The translations under genes and the position numbers were made by a program. Shown here piece after piece: positions 1 through 12,992 of a stretch of 64,000 nt of DNA. The stretch's first letter is position 1; each line of letters starts with the position of its first letter. The stretch comes from the human T2T-CHM13v2.0 reference genome, Homo sapiens. Location: NCBI RefSeq assembly GCF_009914755.1, contig NC_060928.1. One strand, written 5' to 3'. A model generated the notes under the pieces. That model was not told where the DNA came from and did not search any database. It saw only the letters and a program-made list of their open reading frames with translations.

Positions 1-289
1 TAGAGACATTTCCTACTGAATTTCTGTAAAAATTATTTAAAAAGCTCTTAAACCAGATTTATATGTGGGTTGAAAATTGTAGAGGTGTTTAGAAGAGCTG
101 CTGTTTTTGGTGATTGCGATGAACAGTTTTCTACACCAATGATTGAGAATTAATTTACTATCCTGTGTCCTCACAATGTAATGATTCAAAATATCTACTT
201 GATTAGAGAGACTTTTACACCCAAGAAACAAACTAACCTGTCCTGTTAGCTATGGGATGATATTCTGTCACTGATCTTATTTCTAGTAG

Positions 290-640
290 AATGGTTAAGA
301 GCAAGGGCTCTAGATCCAGAGTGCTCAGGTTTGAATCCAACTCTGCCGTTTTTTTGCACTGGGCTGCGAGTTGGCTGATATACACCAGGATGGTTCTCTC
401 TCCGTTGTGATTGTTTGTGCCTCTGCTGTTATTCCATAGTTTGAATGTCATCTCTGTACCACTGTATAATACCACTGTATAACCTTGGTTAAGTAACTTC
501 TTTCACTTATGTCTTCATTTTCTTAACTGAAGGATAAAATTGGTATATATCTCATTGCGCTATTGTGAGGATAAAATTTATAAATACCTATAGAGAGTTT
601 TAAAAGCTCCTGTCACAGAGTGAGTGCTTAATAATGCTTT
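290..640 (+). mobile_element. MIR SINE interrupted by a ~90-110 bp insert
   Basis: B-box-like GGTTTGAATCCAACTCTGCC at 328-347; MIR core resumes at ~470 (ACCTTGGTTAAGTAACTT...ATTGTGAGGATAAA...GTGAGTGCTTAATAA). Confidence 0.7.
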
Positions 641-879
641 CATTATTTTTTCTCTCCTGCTGGCTCCTTCTCTATCTCTGTTTCTGCCTCTCACTTTCTC
701 TTTGTTCTTTCTGAAATTATGCTCTCATGATTGTAAATGTAAGGAAAAAAGGTGAGACAGGAGAAAAACAAAGAAAGTAGGGATACTAGCTAGGAGGTTA
801 TTTCAACTGCCTGTTCATGAGGTAAAAAGGAAGGGCTTTATCTAACATAGCTGAGAGTGGAAAGCAAGGGCTAATTGTA

Positions 880-1096
880 ACAGCTGACATTTATTGAGCC
901 TTTACGACGTGCTGGGCACTGTTTTAAGTGGTATCCCAAATTCATTCTGCCACAGATATTTTCTCTAGGTACATTTATCAACAAGCCAAGGACTCTAGAA
1001 TTTAGTGAAGTTAAATAACTTGACATCTAATCAGGGACAGACTTGGAATTTTAATCTGGGTCTTTGAAAGTACAAAACCTATGCCCTTAACTACTA
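880..1096 (-). mobile_element. MIR SINE, degenerate
   Basis: ACATTTATTGAGCC...GTGCTGGGCACTGTTTTAAGTG and GAAGTTAAATAACTTG match the reverse complement of MIR. Confidence 0.6.
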
Positions 1097-2248
1097 TTTA
1101 TTGCTTCTCTGCAGGGAATATTTGTATCCAGGCATTGCATCTGAATGAATCAAAGGAACCCAGTCAATATGGCTTGAGTTACTCAAAAAAGCTGTTAGAA
1201 GATTGCATTTTAATTTTTTGGCTCATTGTTTTGATAGTCAGGAAGAAGGCTTTCATCAGAAGTTGCTTTCCTTTTGATTTTTGAACACAAGAGTTTTCTT
1301 ATGGACAACAGAACACCAGTGAAAAAGGAGGACTCGTTAGCCTTATCTCTGTAAATGGGTTCAACCACTAGCTATCTGGAGCTGCCCCATACTATTTTAT
1401 TTGGGCACAAGATGGTAAATAGCAAAACTGCCCTTTAAAAATAAGTCCTTTCCCCATAACTCTTTTTCATCCTTGCTGTGTCCTGGTCACCAGTATCTGA
1501 GGAAATTAAATAAAGTTTGCTTTCTTTTGCTCTGAAGGAGAAGCAATGAAAAATTCTTTTTATAAATGATCCCCTTCTTTGCACAAATGAAATATCACTT
1601 CTTAACATAATTTGCAGCAACTCTTACTATTTATTCCCCTGAATTCACACATTAGTTAAATCAGTCATGGAATGCACACATGAGAAGCTGATGATAAACT
1701 AGAATTTTGGTTGATCCAATTTTTCTTGCTTAAAAATATTAGAATGAGAATGAGTTTGGGAGACAAATGTCTCTAAATAGGATTTCTATTTATATGTACC
1801 ATATACCATACTATACTCAAGGATTTAAGAGGAAAACCCAAAATCTAGTTACACTGTCAAGCATAGACATTACACATATATATAAATACATATTTTTATA
1901 TATACAGTTCGTCCATGTAAATTAAGGACACTTACTCCACTTCACTGTGCACTTGCCAAAATTGCCTATTGTAGTCCTCTGAGATCCTCTTGTCTCTCTA
2001 AACTATAGTGCATTGGCAGGAAGACTTATGTAGCTAGTCCTGTATTTTAATCAAATAACAACTTGTATTTGAGTGCTTCTAAGAAAGTTTTGCAGTGATA
2101 GGGGTTTATCTTATTTTGTTGCAGTATTTTACATACCACATTTCTACCTCATATTTCTATATTTTTCTCTTAAACTATAGCAAGTCCATTTATGGGTGAT
2201 TGTCACACAAAATGGAAAAAATACACTGTCTCCCTAATGTAGAACTGA

Positions 2249-2527
<279 letters not shown>

Positions 2528-4263
2528 TAGGTTATTACTACGTTTACTTAACCTTCTTTGTGTTTCTGTTCAACTGATAGGCATGGGCCAAGTCTACAGA
2601 TAACATATGGTTTAGAATCAAAGAAACTTACGAAGCGGGGTTGGCAATACATGTGACTCTCTTGGGTGACGTGGTTTTGCTCTAGAAGAAAGACCTGGTT
2701 TCCCTGAAGCTTTTCATATTGGAGGAGATTTGGAGTAATGAAATTATCCTAATTGGAACACTCTGAGCTTAAGAATATGGATTTCATTCTTGCTGGGCAT
2801 CCCCTTATGTCTCTTTCCATGTCAGCTTTGGTTTAACTGGAGGGCTTGTCACTCACAACCTCCCAGCTCAGAGAGCTGATTTTAAGGCTACTTGAGGAGG
2901 AGCTGCGGGGGTCTTCCAGGGAACCAACTGTTCTTTTTTGCTTTGCTATCTCCTATAAAATGTTGCAAGTTAAAAAAAAAAAAAAATCTCCTCCAAACAT
3001 TTGGCAGAATTTTGTATAAACTTAGTCTCTAAATTAACTTTCTTAAAAGCTTTATACCAAAGGGAAGTTATTCATGAGTATTGGGAAACAAGAGCTATAA
3101 TTCAACTTGAGTCAAACAGTCACTATCAGATTCATTTCCTCTCTAGTGAGAGGAGGAAGTAAGACAAGATGATCTCTCATCCCTAATAAATTTGTGATTC
3201 TGCAACAACTTGCAGCATTAGATAAATTTACTAAAGGAAGTGACTCAATTTCTATGCATCTGCAAAGCATGTCTTTACAACTTTTTCACCAAAAATATCC
3301 CTCCATATTCCATATTTTTATTTACTTTATTATTCCAGTCTTTTATAAACTGTAAGGTAACAAAACAAGAGACTGCTATATGTTGCTTCAGAAGATAGTG
3401 ACTTAAATTTATCTTACTATATTTTAAATTCACTAAATAAAGATGCCTTCATTATAATTGTGTCTCAAAAGCTTACGACACTTGCATCTTTTCTCTTAAT
3501 ATATGTCGAGGTGGCTGCCAGAAAGAACTTTATAATATTTTATATAAACAAAGGCCAAATCAAATGCCTTTTGTGTAGTGATCACAAATAAAATGATCAT
3601 GTAGTGTAAATAGCAGTGTTTCATATTAACTCTACCTCCTCTTAGAAAACATAAACTTTTTAATATCTCTAACAAATGATTAAAAATAAACTAATTTTAG
3701 ATGACAGCAGTAAAGTGACCATGTTTACTTTTCTTTCTTTAGCATCTGTCTATTGAGTAGTAAAATAATGTTATTATTTGTCAGTAAACATAAGATAAAC
3801 TGGGCAACATCAGTGTCTTTTAAGTGCAAATTAGTTTATACCACAGAAATAATTTTTTTAGAATGAATATGAAGCGCTGTATTTCAGTAAAAATTTTTCA
3901 AGATTTTTTTTTTCAATCATAATGTACTTAAGTCCCCAGAATGAATCAAAGGCTTTTATTATTTCAAAGGATTTGTCATTATTTTAGCTTAGGGAAAATG
4001 GAAATCAATGTAAAATAGTTTCGAATCTGAGTTAAGTGTGTATGTAAAATTTATTTTCAAAACCAGTGGTACTTGGAAGCCCCTTTATAAGCCTTAGAGT
4101 GGGGATTTTAGAACTGCAGTTGTTCTTCTTCTGAGCAAATGAGAGTAAAATACCCCTATTAGGTCCCTGCCAGCAAATATCTGTAATATGTTTCAAAAGT
4201 ACTACATAAAAAGACTAATGAGTAAACTGCAATTCTAAATAAATAAATGTATTTTATTTAGAC

Positions 4264-4479
4264 CAGGATTCCTCAACCTTGGGGCACTATTGACATTTTA
4301 GGTCAGATAGTTCCTTGTTGTGGGGTGCTGTTTTTCACATTGTAGAATGTTCAGCAGTATCTCTGCCCTCTACCCACTAAATGCCAGTGACTTCCAGTTG
4401 TGAAAACCAGAAATGCCTCCAGGCGTGACAAATGTCTCCTAAGGGGCAAAATTGCCCCCTGCTACATTGAAAACAAGTG
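4264..4479 (-). mobile_element. MER20 (hAT-Charlie DNA transposon)
   Basis: CTCAACC..GGCACTATTGACATTTT...CTCTACCCACTA.ATGCCAGT...AAATGTCTCCT.AGGGGCAAAATTGCCCCC; degenerate 8-bp TSD ATTTAGAC/TTTTAGGC. Confidence 0.85.
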
Positions 4480-4779
4480 TTTTAGGCAAAACGATGTTTT
4501 CTCAGATTGGATGCTGCTGCCAGGTTCTGACAGGGGGAACCTGGCATTGTAGTAGGGAATTCCTGGGATGACCAGCAGTCTTATGTGCATAGAAGAGTAA
4601 TGTTCATTGCTATTTCTGTTCAGATACAGAGGTGCTAGGGGTGATCCTTGATGGTGGATAGCGTTCTGCAGGTTCTTTATCCAGGTTTTCCTAAGTGTGT
4701 AGCATTGTTTATAGAAAGTGGGATTGTAGTCTCTCTGTCGGCAGCCTCTGCAAAGGGCATTACATTTCTACTGTCTATC

Positions 4780-4929
4780 TCATTAAATCTCCACAGGTCC
4801 TCACTAACGCTGTCTTCAAAATCCTTCCAGCTTCTGCCCACTTCCTGGGCACTCTCCCATTTCCAAAGTTACTCCCCTATTTTTTAGTTTTGTCATGGCA
4901 GCACTCCATTTCAAGGTACCAGTACCTCT
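4780..4929 (-). mobile_element. MaLR internal-region remnant abutting the MLT1 LTR
   Basis: CTTCTGCCCA...TTCCAAAGT...ATGGCAGCACTCCATTTC.AGGTACCA resembles the MLT1-int terminus next to an LTR. Confidence 0.55.
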
Positions 4930-5778
<849 letters not shown>

Positions 5779-5872
5779 TCTCCGAGTTTGTACCCATTGT
5801 TCTCTTGGTTATCAGTCACAATTTCTGTCATTATGTGGGTCTGGTAATGTGATTGTATGTTGGGTTTTGGGG

Positions 5873-8800
5873 TTTTTTTTCAACCTTTATTTTAGCTTCA
5901 GGGGGTACATACACCAGTTTGTTACAAAGGTGTATTGTGTGATGGTAAGGTTTGGAGTATAATTGAACTTGTCTCCCAGGTAGTGAGTATAGTACCCAAC
6001 AGGCAGCTTTTCACCCTTGTCTCCTTCCCTCTCCCCTCCCTCTTGTAGCACCATTGTCCATTCTGTCCATCTTTATGTCCATGTGTACCCAATGTTTAGC
6101 TCTCACTTATAAGTGAGAACATGTGGTATATGTTCTGTTTCTGTATGAGTTCACTTAGGATAATGGCTCCAGCTGCATCCTTGTTGCTGCAAAGGACATG
6201 ATTTTATTCTTTTTTGTGGTTGCATAGTATTTCATGGTGTATATATACCACATTTTCTTTATCCAGTCCACTTTGATGGGTACCAGGGTTAATTCCATGT
6301 CCTCACTATTGTAAATAGTGCTGCAATGAAGACACAGGTCTTTTTCATAGAATTCTTTTTCATAGAATTATTTTCCTTTGAGTAGATACTCAGTAATGGG
6401 ATTACAGGGTTGAATGGTAGTTCTATTTTAAGATCTTTGAGAAATCTCCAAACTGCTTTCTATAGGGACTGAGCTAATGTAAATTCTCACCAACAGTGTT
6501 TAAGCATTCCATTTTCTCTGCAGCCGCACCAACATCTGTTATTTTTTGACTTTTTAATAATAGTCGTTCTGACTAGTGTGAGATGATATCTAATTGTGGT
6601 TTTGATGTACCTATTGTGGTTTTGATGTACATTTATCTAATAATTAGTGGTGATGAACATTTTAAAATATATTTGTTGGATAGTTGTCTTATTTCAAAAA
6701 GTGTCTACTCATGTCTTTGCTAACTTTTTAAAGAGATAATTTGTTTTTTCTTATCAATATTTTTGAGTTCTTATGAAGTCTGAATATTAGACCTTTGTGG
6801 ACTGCATAGTTTGTGAACATTTTTCCCATTCTGTAGGCTGTTTATTCTGTTGATGGTTTCTTTTGCTGTGCAGAAACTGTGGAGAGCATCCCAAATGTCA
6901 ATTTTTGTTTTTGTTGCAATTGCTTTTGAAGACATGACTATGTCCTTAAAAGCAATTAGCCATATGACCTCTAAAACCAATGTTGAGGCTGATGTTGAGA
7001 AGGGTATTTTCTGGGTTTTCTTCTAGGGTTTTTATAGTTTGAGGTCTCATATTTTTAATCCAATTTGAGTTAATTTTTGTATATGTGAAAGGTAGGGGTC
7101 CAGTTTCATCCTTTGTATATGGATAGCCAATTATCCCAGTATGATATATTGCACAGGGAATCTTTTCTCTATTGCTTATTTTTGTCAACTTTGTTGAAGA
7201 TCAGATAATTATAGGTGTTTGGCTTAACTTCTGGGTTATTTCTTCTGCTCCATTGTTCTGCATGTCTATTTCTGTACAGTGCCATGCCATTTTGGTTACT
7301 GTAGCCTTATAGTGAAGTCAGGTAATGTGATGCCAGCTTAGTTTGTTTTACTTAGGATTGTTATGACTATTTGGGCTTGTTTTGGGTTCATTTGAATCTT
7401 AGAATATGTTTTTTTAATTCTGTGAAAAATGACATTTTTATCTTGATAGGAACAGCATAGAATCTGTACATTGCTTTGGGCAGTATAGCTGTTTTAAGAA
7501 TATTAATGCTTCCCAGGCCAGGAGCATAGAATGTTTTTCCATTTGTTTGTGTCATCTATAATTTTTTTCAGCAGTTTTGTATTCTCCTTGTAGGGATCTT
7601 TCACCTCCTTGGTTAGATTATGATCCCCAATTGATCCCTTTATCGTGATGTAGTGTCCTTCTTTGTATTTTTTGTTTTTTTACTGTTGTTGGTTCCTAGG
7701 TACTTTATTTATTTTGTTTGTGGCTCTTGTAAATGTGGTTAGGCTCCCGATTTGGCTCTCAGCTAGAATGTTATTGGTATAAGAATGCTCCTGATTTTTG
7801 GATATTAATTTTGTATCCTGAAACATTACTGAAGTTGTTTATCTTTCCAAGAGGCTTTTGGCAGAGTCTTCAGGTTTTTCTAGGTATAGAATCATCTCAT
7901 TAGTGAAGAGAGATAGTTTGACTTCTTATTTTTTTATTTGGATGCCTTTTATTTCAGGTTTTTCTAGACATAGAATAATTTCATCAGTAAAGAGAGATAT
8001 TTTGACTTCTTATCTTTCTTTCTGGATGCCTTTTATTTCTTTCTCTTGCCTGCTTGTTCTAGCTAAGACTCCCAATACTATGTTAAATAGGAATGGAGAG
8101 AGTGGGCATCTTTGTCTTGTTCCAGTTCTCAAAGAGAATGCTTCCAGCGTTTGCCCTTTTGGTATGAAGTTGACTGTGAGTTTGTCATAGACAGCTCTGA
8201 TGATTTTGAGGTATGTTTCTTTGATGCCTACTTTACTTAAGTTTTTATCATGAAGCATCATTGGATTTTATCAAAAGCTTTTTCTGTATCCATTGAGATG
8301 ATCATATGGTTTTCGTTTTTAATTCTGTTTATGTAGTAAGTCACATTTATTGATTTGTGTACATTGAACCAACTTTGTATCTCAGCCTACATGATCACAG
8401 TGAATTACATTTTGAGGTGCTGCTGGATTTAGTTTGCTAGGATTTTGTTGGGGGTTTTTGTATCTATATTCATCAGGGACATTGGCCTCTAGTAGTTGTT
8501 TTTTTCACTGTGTCTTTGACAGATTTTGGTATCAGGATAATGCTGGCTTCACAGAAAGAGTTAGGGAGGAGTCCCTCCTCCCTGAGTTTTTGGAATAGTT
8601 TCAGTAGGCTTGGTATCAGTTCTTCTAAGTGTGTCTAGTAGAATTTGGCTGTGCATCTACCTGCTCCAGGGCTTTTTCTTGGTTGGTAGGTTTTTAATTA
8701 CTGATTCAGTTTTGGGATTCTTTATTGATCCATGCAGTGTTTTAATTTCTTCCTGGTTTAATCTTTGGTTGTGTGTGCCCAGGAATTTATCCATTTCATC

Positions 8801-11800
8801 TAGATTTTCTAGATTGTGTGCATAGAGGCATTTGTCATAGTCTCCGAGGATCTTTTTTATTTATATGGGGCTGGTTATAATGTAACCTTTGTCATTTCTG
8901 ATTGCATTTATTTGAATCTTTTATTTGCTAATATAGCTAGGGGTGTATACATCTGTTTATATTTTCAAAAAACTAACTTTTGGTTTCATGGTCCTTTATA
9001 TGGGTTTTTGGGTCTAATTTTATTCAGTTCCGCTCTGATTTTAGTTATTTATTTTCTTCTGCTAGCTTTAGGTTTAGTTTGTTCTTGTTTTTCTAGTTCC
9101 TTCAGGTGAAATGTTAGATTGTTAATTTGAGATCTTTCTAACTTCTTGATGTAGGTGTTTAATGCTATAAACTTTCTTCTTAACGCTGCTTTTGCTGAAT
9201 TCCAGATATTTTTGTATGTTGCATCTCATTAATTTCAAATGATTTTTTAATTTCTGGCTTAATTTCATTGTTTACCCCAAAATAATTTAGGAAAGCATTG
9301 TTTAATTTCTATGTTATTTTGTGATTTTGAGAGATCTTCTTGGTATTGATTTCTATTTTTATTCCACAGTGGTATGGGAGTATACTTGGTATGATTTATA
9401 TTCTTTGAATGTATTCAGACTTGCTTTATGACTGAACGTGTAATCAATCTTATAGTATGTTCTATGTGCAGATGAGAAGAATGTATATTCTGTGGTTGTT
9501 GAATGAAGATCTGTACATGTCTATTAGGTCCAATTGGTCAATTGTTGAATTTAAGTCAATAATTTCTTTGTTATTTCTCTGTCTTAATGATTTGTCTAAC
9601 ATTGTCAGTGGAGTGTTGATATCCCCCACTATTATTCTGTAGCCAACTCTTTTTGTAGGTCTAGAAGTAGTTATTTTATGAATCCAGGTTCTTCAGTGCT
9701 GGGTGTGCATATATTTAAGACAGTTAACACTTACTGTTCAGTTGATCCCTTTATCATGATGTATTGTCCTTCTTTGTATTTTTCTTTTTTTACTGTTGTT
9801 GGTTTAAAGTCCGTTTTATCTAATATAAGAATAATGACCTCTGCTGCTTCTTGGTTTTTGTTTGCATGATAGAGTTTTCTTTATTCTTTTACCTTTGGTT
9901 CAGTTTGTTTCTTTCAACTCTTGGATCATTGCACTGGATTCCTTGGATTGGTTTTCAGTTTTCTCTTTAATCTTGTTGAATTTCCTTGCTATCCAGATTC
10001 TGAATTTTACATCTGTTATTTCAGACATTTTAATCTGGTTGGGATCCGTGGCTGGGGAGCTAGTGCAATCCTTTGGAGGTAAGAAAAACACTCCGATTTT
10101 TTGAATTGCTAGAGTTCTTGTGCTGATTCTTTCTATTCTGAGAGGGCTAGAGTTTATCTTTTTGAAGTTGTTGTCATTTGAATGGGTCTTTTTGTTTTTA
10201 TATTCTTTTTTCTCTGAGGATTTGCCTATGATATATGTTGTACATAGTGGATTGGCTTCATTTCTGGGTGCTTTCAGAGGGCTAAGGTTCTGTATTGGTT
10301 CCTTAGTTCTAGCCAGATTCATGCATTGGGTTTTGTAGGCAATGTGTTGAAGGAATTTATTTTTGTTTGGTGGTGTCATTTGGGCTGTGATCCAGTAGAT
10401 GGCTCTTAAGAGTAAAGGCAGGCTGACAGGCTCTTATTCAACCATGTACCTCTTTTGTATTTTGGTGCATTTATAGCAGTGCTCTGGAGAGGGGGCAGGC
10501 AAGGGGGTTGGGAGATGACCCCTTCACCAAATCCATTCATGGGCCTTGGCGGAGCCCCCTCCAATTACTGGCACCACACCCACATTTCCTTAGCCTCAAG
10601 GTGGGCATTGGAGGACTACACTCCCCCTTCCCACAGGGTGGCCCAGGTTGAAGCTTAGGTCACCATGAAGCCCCACAGCTCCTTGGGGACCCACTGGTCC
10701 GCTGAGCTTAACAGAGTCAGAGTAGGTTGTGGGGTATGTCTGGGGGTGGTCTGTTGATGCAGTGGTTCAAAGATACAGGATCCACAGGCAGGGTGGTGGT
10801 GCTATAGGTTTGCAGCCATGGGCCGGAGATTTTTGCCCAGCAGACAGCTCCTTGGGGACTGCCCAGCTCATGCTTCCCCAACCAGGTCTCCCTCTGGTGT
10901 CTGTCCCAGGAGCAGGCCCAACTTGCTAGTTTTTTCCCAAGCTAGTTTTGTCCAGATCGCTGGGCTATTAGGTGTTCAGGGCCATGGGCATTCTTGGGTA
11001 GAGGCTGCAGCTGGCCAGTAGGCTACACCCTTCTTGGACCAGTCTTGTGGAGGGAGAAACACTCAGCTCTCATGCCAGCACTTAAACTTGCACCTCACTC
11101 TTCTCGGTGTTCTGAGATTGGAGACTTCTCCCACACCCAGGCTGGATACCCCTGAGTGCAGTGTGCTTGAACCCTAGAAGGTTGGGACCAGGCTGTGGCA
11201 GCTTTGTCCTCTGGTTCCTTGAGGTTGAGCTCTGTACTTTGTGCTTTGGGTGGGGTGGGGGATGTAAACTACTCCCAGGCTGCTGGCAAAACAATTAGGC
11301 AGGGAAGTGGAGGCTGTGCTCCGTGCATACTCTTGCAGGAGCAGTCAGGCAGGAGCCTTGGAAGGGACCAGGGGACAAGGGGCTACACAGATCAGATGCT
11401 CACCTCTCCCAGGGGAAAGGTAGCCCTACTCTCTCCCAGCCCAGCTTTCAGCAGGGGATAGAGTCACTCAGAGCAAGACAGAGAGCCTTGGGGGATGGGC
11501 ACCATGATTGCTTTTTACCGCACCTGCCACAGAGAAAACCTCCTGGACACTGCACAGGTTTGAGCCCCTGCCTTTGCCTACTCTCCAGGCGGCTCCTCTG
11601 CCAATTCAAATGTCTCTGGGGGTTGTGGGCTCTCTTGTAGCTAGGATCCCAGAGGTCCGTTGCAGGAGTGTGGTGCCCCACAGTTTTTTCACTCACTCCT
11701 TATTTAGGTCCTGTTCAGGTCCTGTAACTGGTTCTGGTCCTTGGCAATTCCATGCAAGCTTCCCAGCTTCCTGCCTCTTCAACCTTGGTATCTGAGTCAT

Positions 11801-11930
11801 CTTTCTATTGGCTTTCAGTGTTTTTCTCAAGAGATCTGTTCAAAGTGTCATGATCTACTCAACAGTTTATTTTCTCTCAGTAGGAGAGGCATTTCCTGGC
11901 TGTGTCTAGACAGCCATCTTATCCCCCATC
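5873..11930 (-). mobile_element. L1PA15/16-like LINE-1 with both ends retained and an internal deletion
   Basis: 3' UTR at 5873-6200; decayed ORF2 to ~9895 (e.g. 8010-8261 [18 protein letters not shown]); ORF1 N-terminus at 9900-10130 (FRIWIARK); GC-rich 5' UTR; terminal YY1 motif AAGATGGC at 11913-11920; degenerate TSD TGGG(T/C)TTT..GTTT followed by AA. Confidence 0.88.
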
Positions 11931-12371
11931 TGGGCTTTTTGTTTAAGGAGACTTTGTGTTGAAGCTCCAAATGATACTACCTTTTACCAGAAAGCCTTGG
12001 TCTTCTTATATTAGAGAGACAGGGCAAGAGCTGATCACCTCAATCTAGGTAGTAACTGGGTTGAGTCAGGGTTGAATTGCAGGTTTGTTGAGACTGTATA
12101 TATCTTTGACTTTTCTTTCTTCTGATATGTCCTATCTAAGCTTTTTACTGAGAGCTGGTGAGTCACTATCTCTGCATTACTGAAAAATAGTAAGGGCACT
12201 ATCGGGAAATCCTAATTACATGTTTAGAGCTCGTGACATTTCCAAATTATTACAATAGCCCTGCATGACTGTCAAAATCTTTTCAAGTTTCTCTCTCTCC
12301 CAGCAGAGTACCTCTGTGTGAACCAAGCCATTCTCGGCTTTCACATAAAATTGACAAATGTCACCACAGAA

Positions 12372-12403
12372 TAGGGTTGCTTGTAATGTATCTAGCAACC
12401 CTA
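12372..12403. mobile_element. Minimal MER53-like hAT element (TIRs only)
   Basis: TAGGGTTGCT...TGTAATGTATCTAGCAACCCTA with perfect inverted termini; 8-bp TSD CCACAGAA/TCACAGAA. Confidence 0.7.
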
Positions 12404-12518
12404 TCACAGAAGAAAATGTCCAGTAACAGATTGCTCTCTCAGAGAGGCTCTTCCCTTTATGACCTGATATTTTAATCCATTGTTCATCTTTTCTTCCATA
12501 AATCTATAATGATTTAGC

Positions 12519-12600
12519 ATATATGTATATGTGTGTGCATATATATGTGTGTGTGTGTGTATATATATATATAGAGAGAGAGAGAGAGATCATATACATA
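12519..12600. repeat. Compound microsatellite (TA/TG/GA)
   Basis: Successive (TA)n, (TG)n, (TA)n and (GA)n runs. Confidence 0.9.
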
Positions 12601-12992
12601 TGATATGGTTTGGCTCTGTGTCCCCACCTAAGTCTCACATTGAATTATAATCCCTAGTTTTGGGGGAATGGCCTGGTGGGAGGTGATTGAATCATGAGGG
12701 TGGTTTGTAATGATTTAGCACCATCCACCTAGTCCTGCCTCATGATAGAGTTATTTGATCTGGTTGTTTGAAACTGTGTAGCACTTCCTCCTTCACTGTC
12801 TCTCTTCTGCCAGCCAGGTGAAGATTTTCCTGCTTCCCCATTGCCTTCTGCCATGATTGTAAGTTCCCCGAGGCCTCCTCAGCCATGCTTCCCAAACAGC
12901 CTGTGGAACGGTGAGTCAATTAAACCTTTTTTCTTCATCAATTACCCAGTCTCGGGTAGTTCCTTACAGCAATGTGAGAACGGAGTAATACT
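12601..12992 (+). mobile_element. MSTA-like MaLR solo LTR
   Basis: TGATATGGTTTGGCTCTGTGTCCCCAC start; GATTTAGCACCATCC; GAGTCAATTAAACC polyA region; ends GAGAACGGAGTAATAC. Confidence 0.88.

Noticed and set aside
10380-11930. GC-rich region with many overlapping 60-105 aa ORFs
   Set aside because: This is the 5' UTR of the minus-strand L1PA15/16; GC richness lowers stop frequency.
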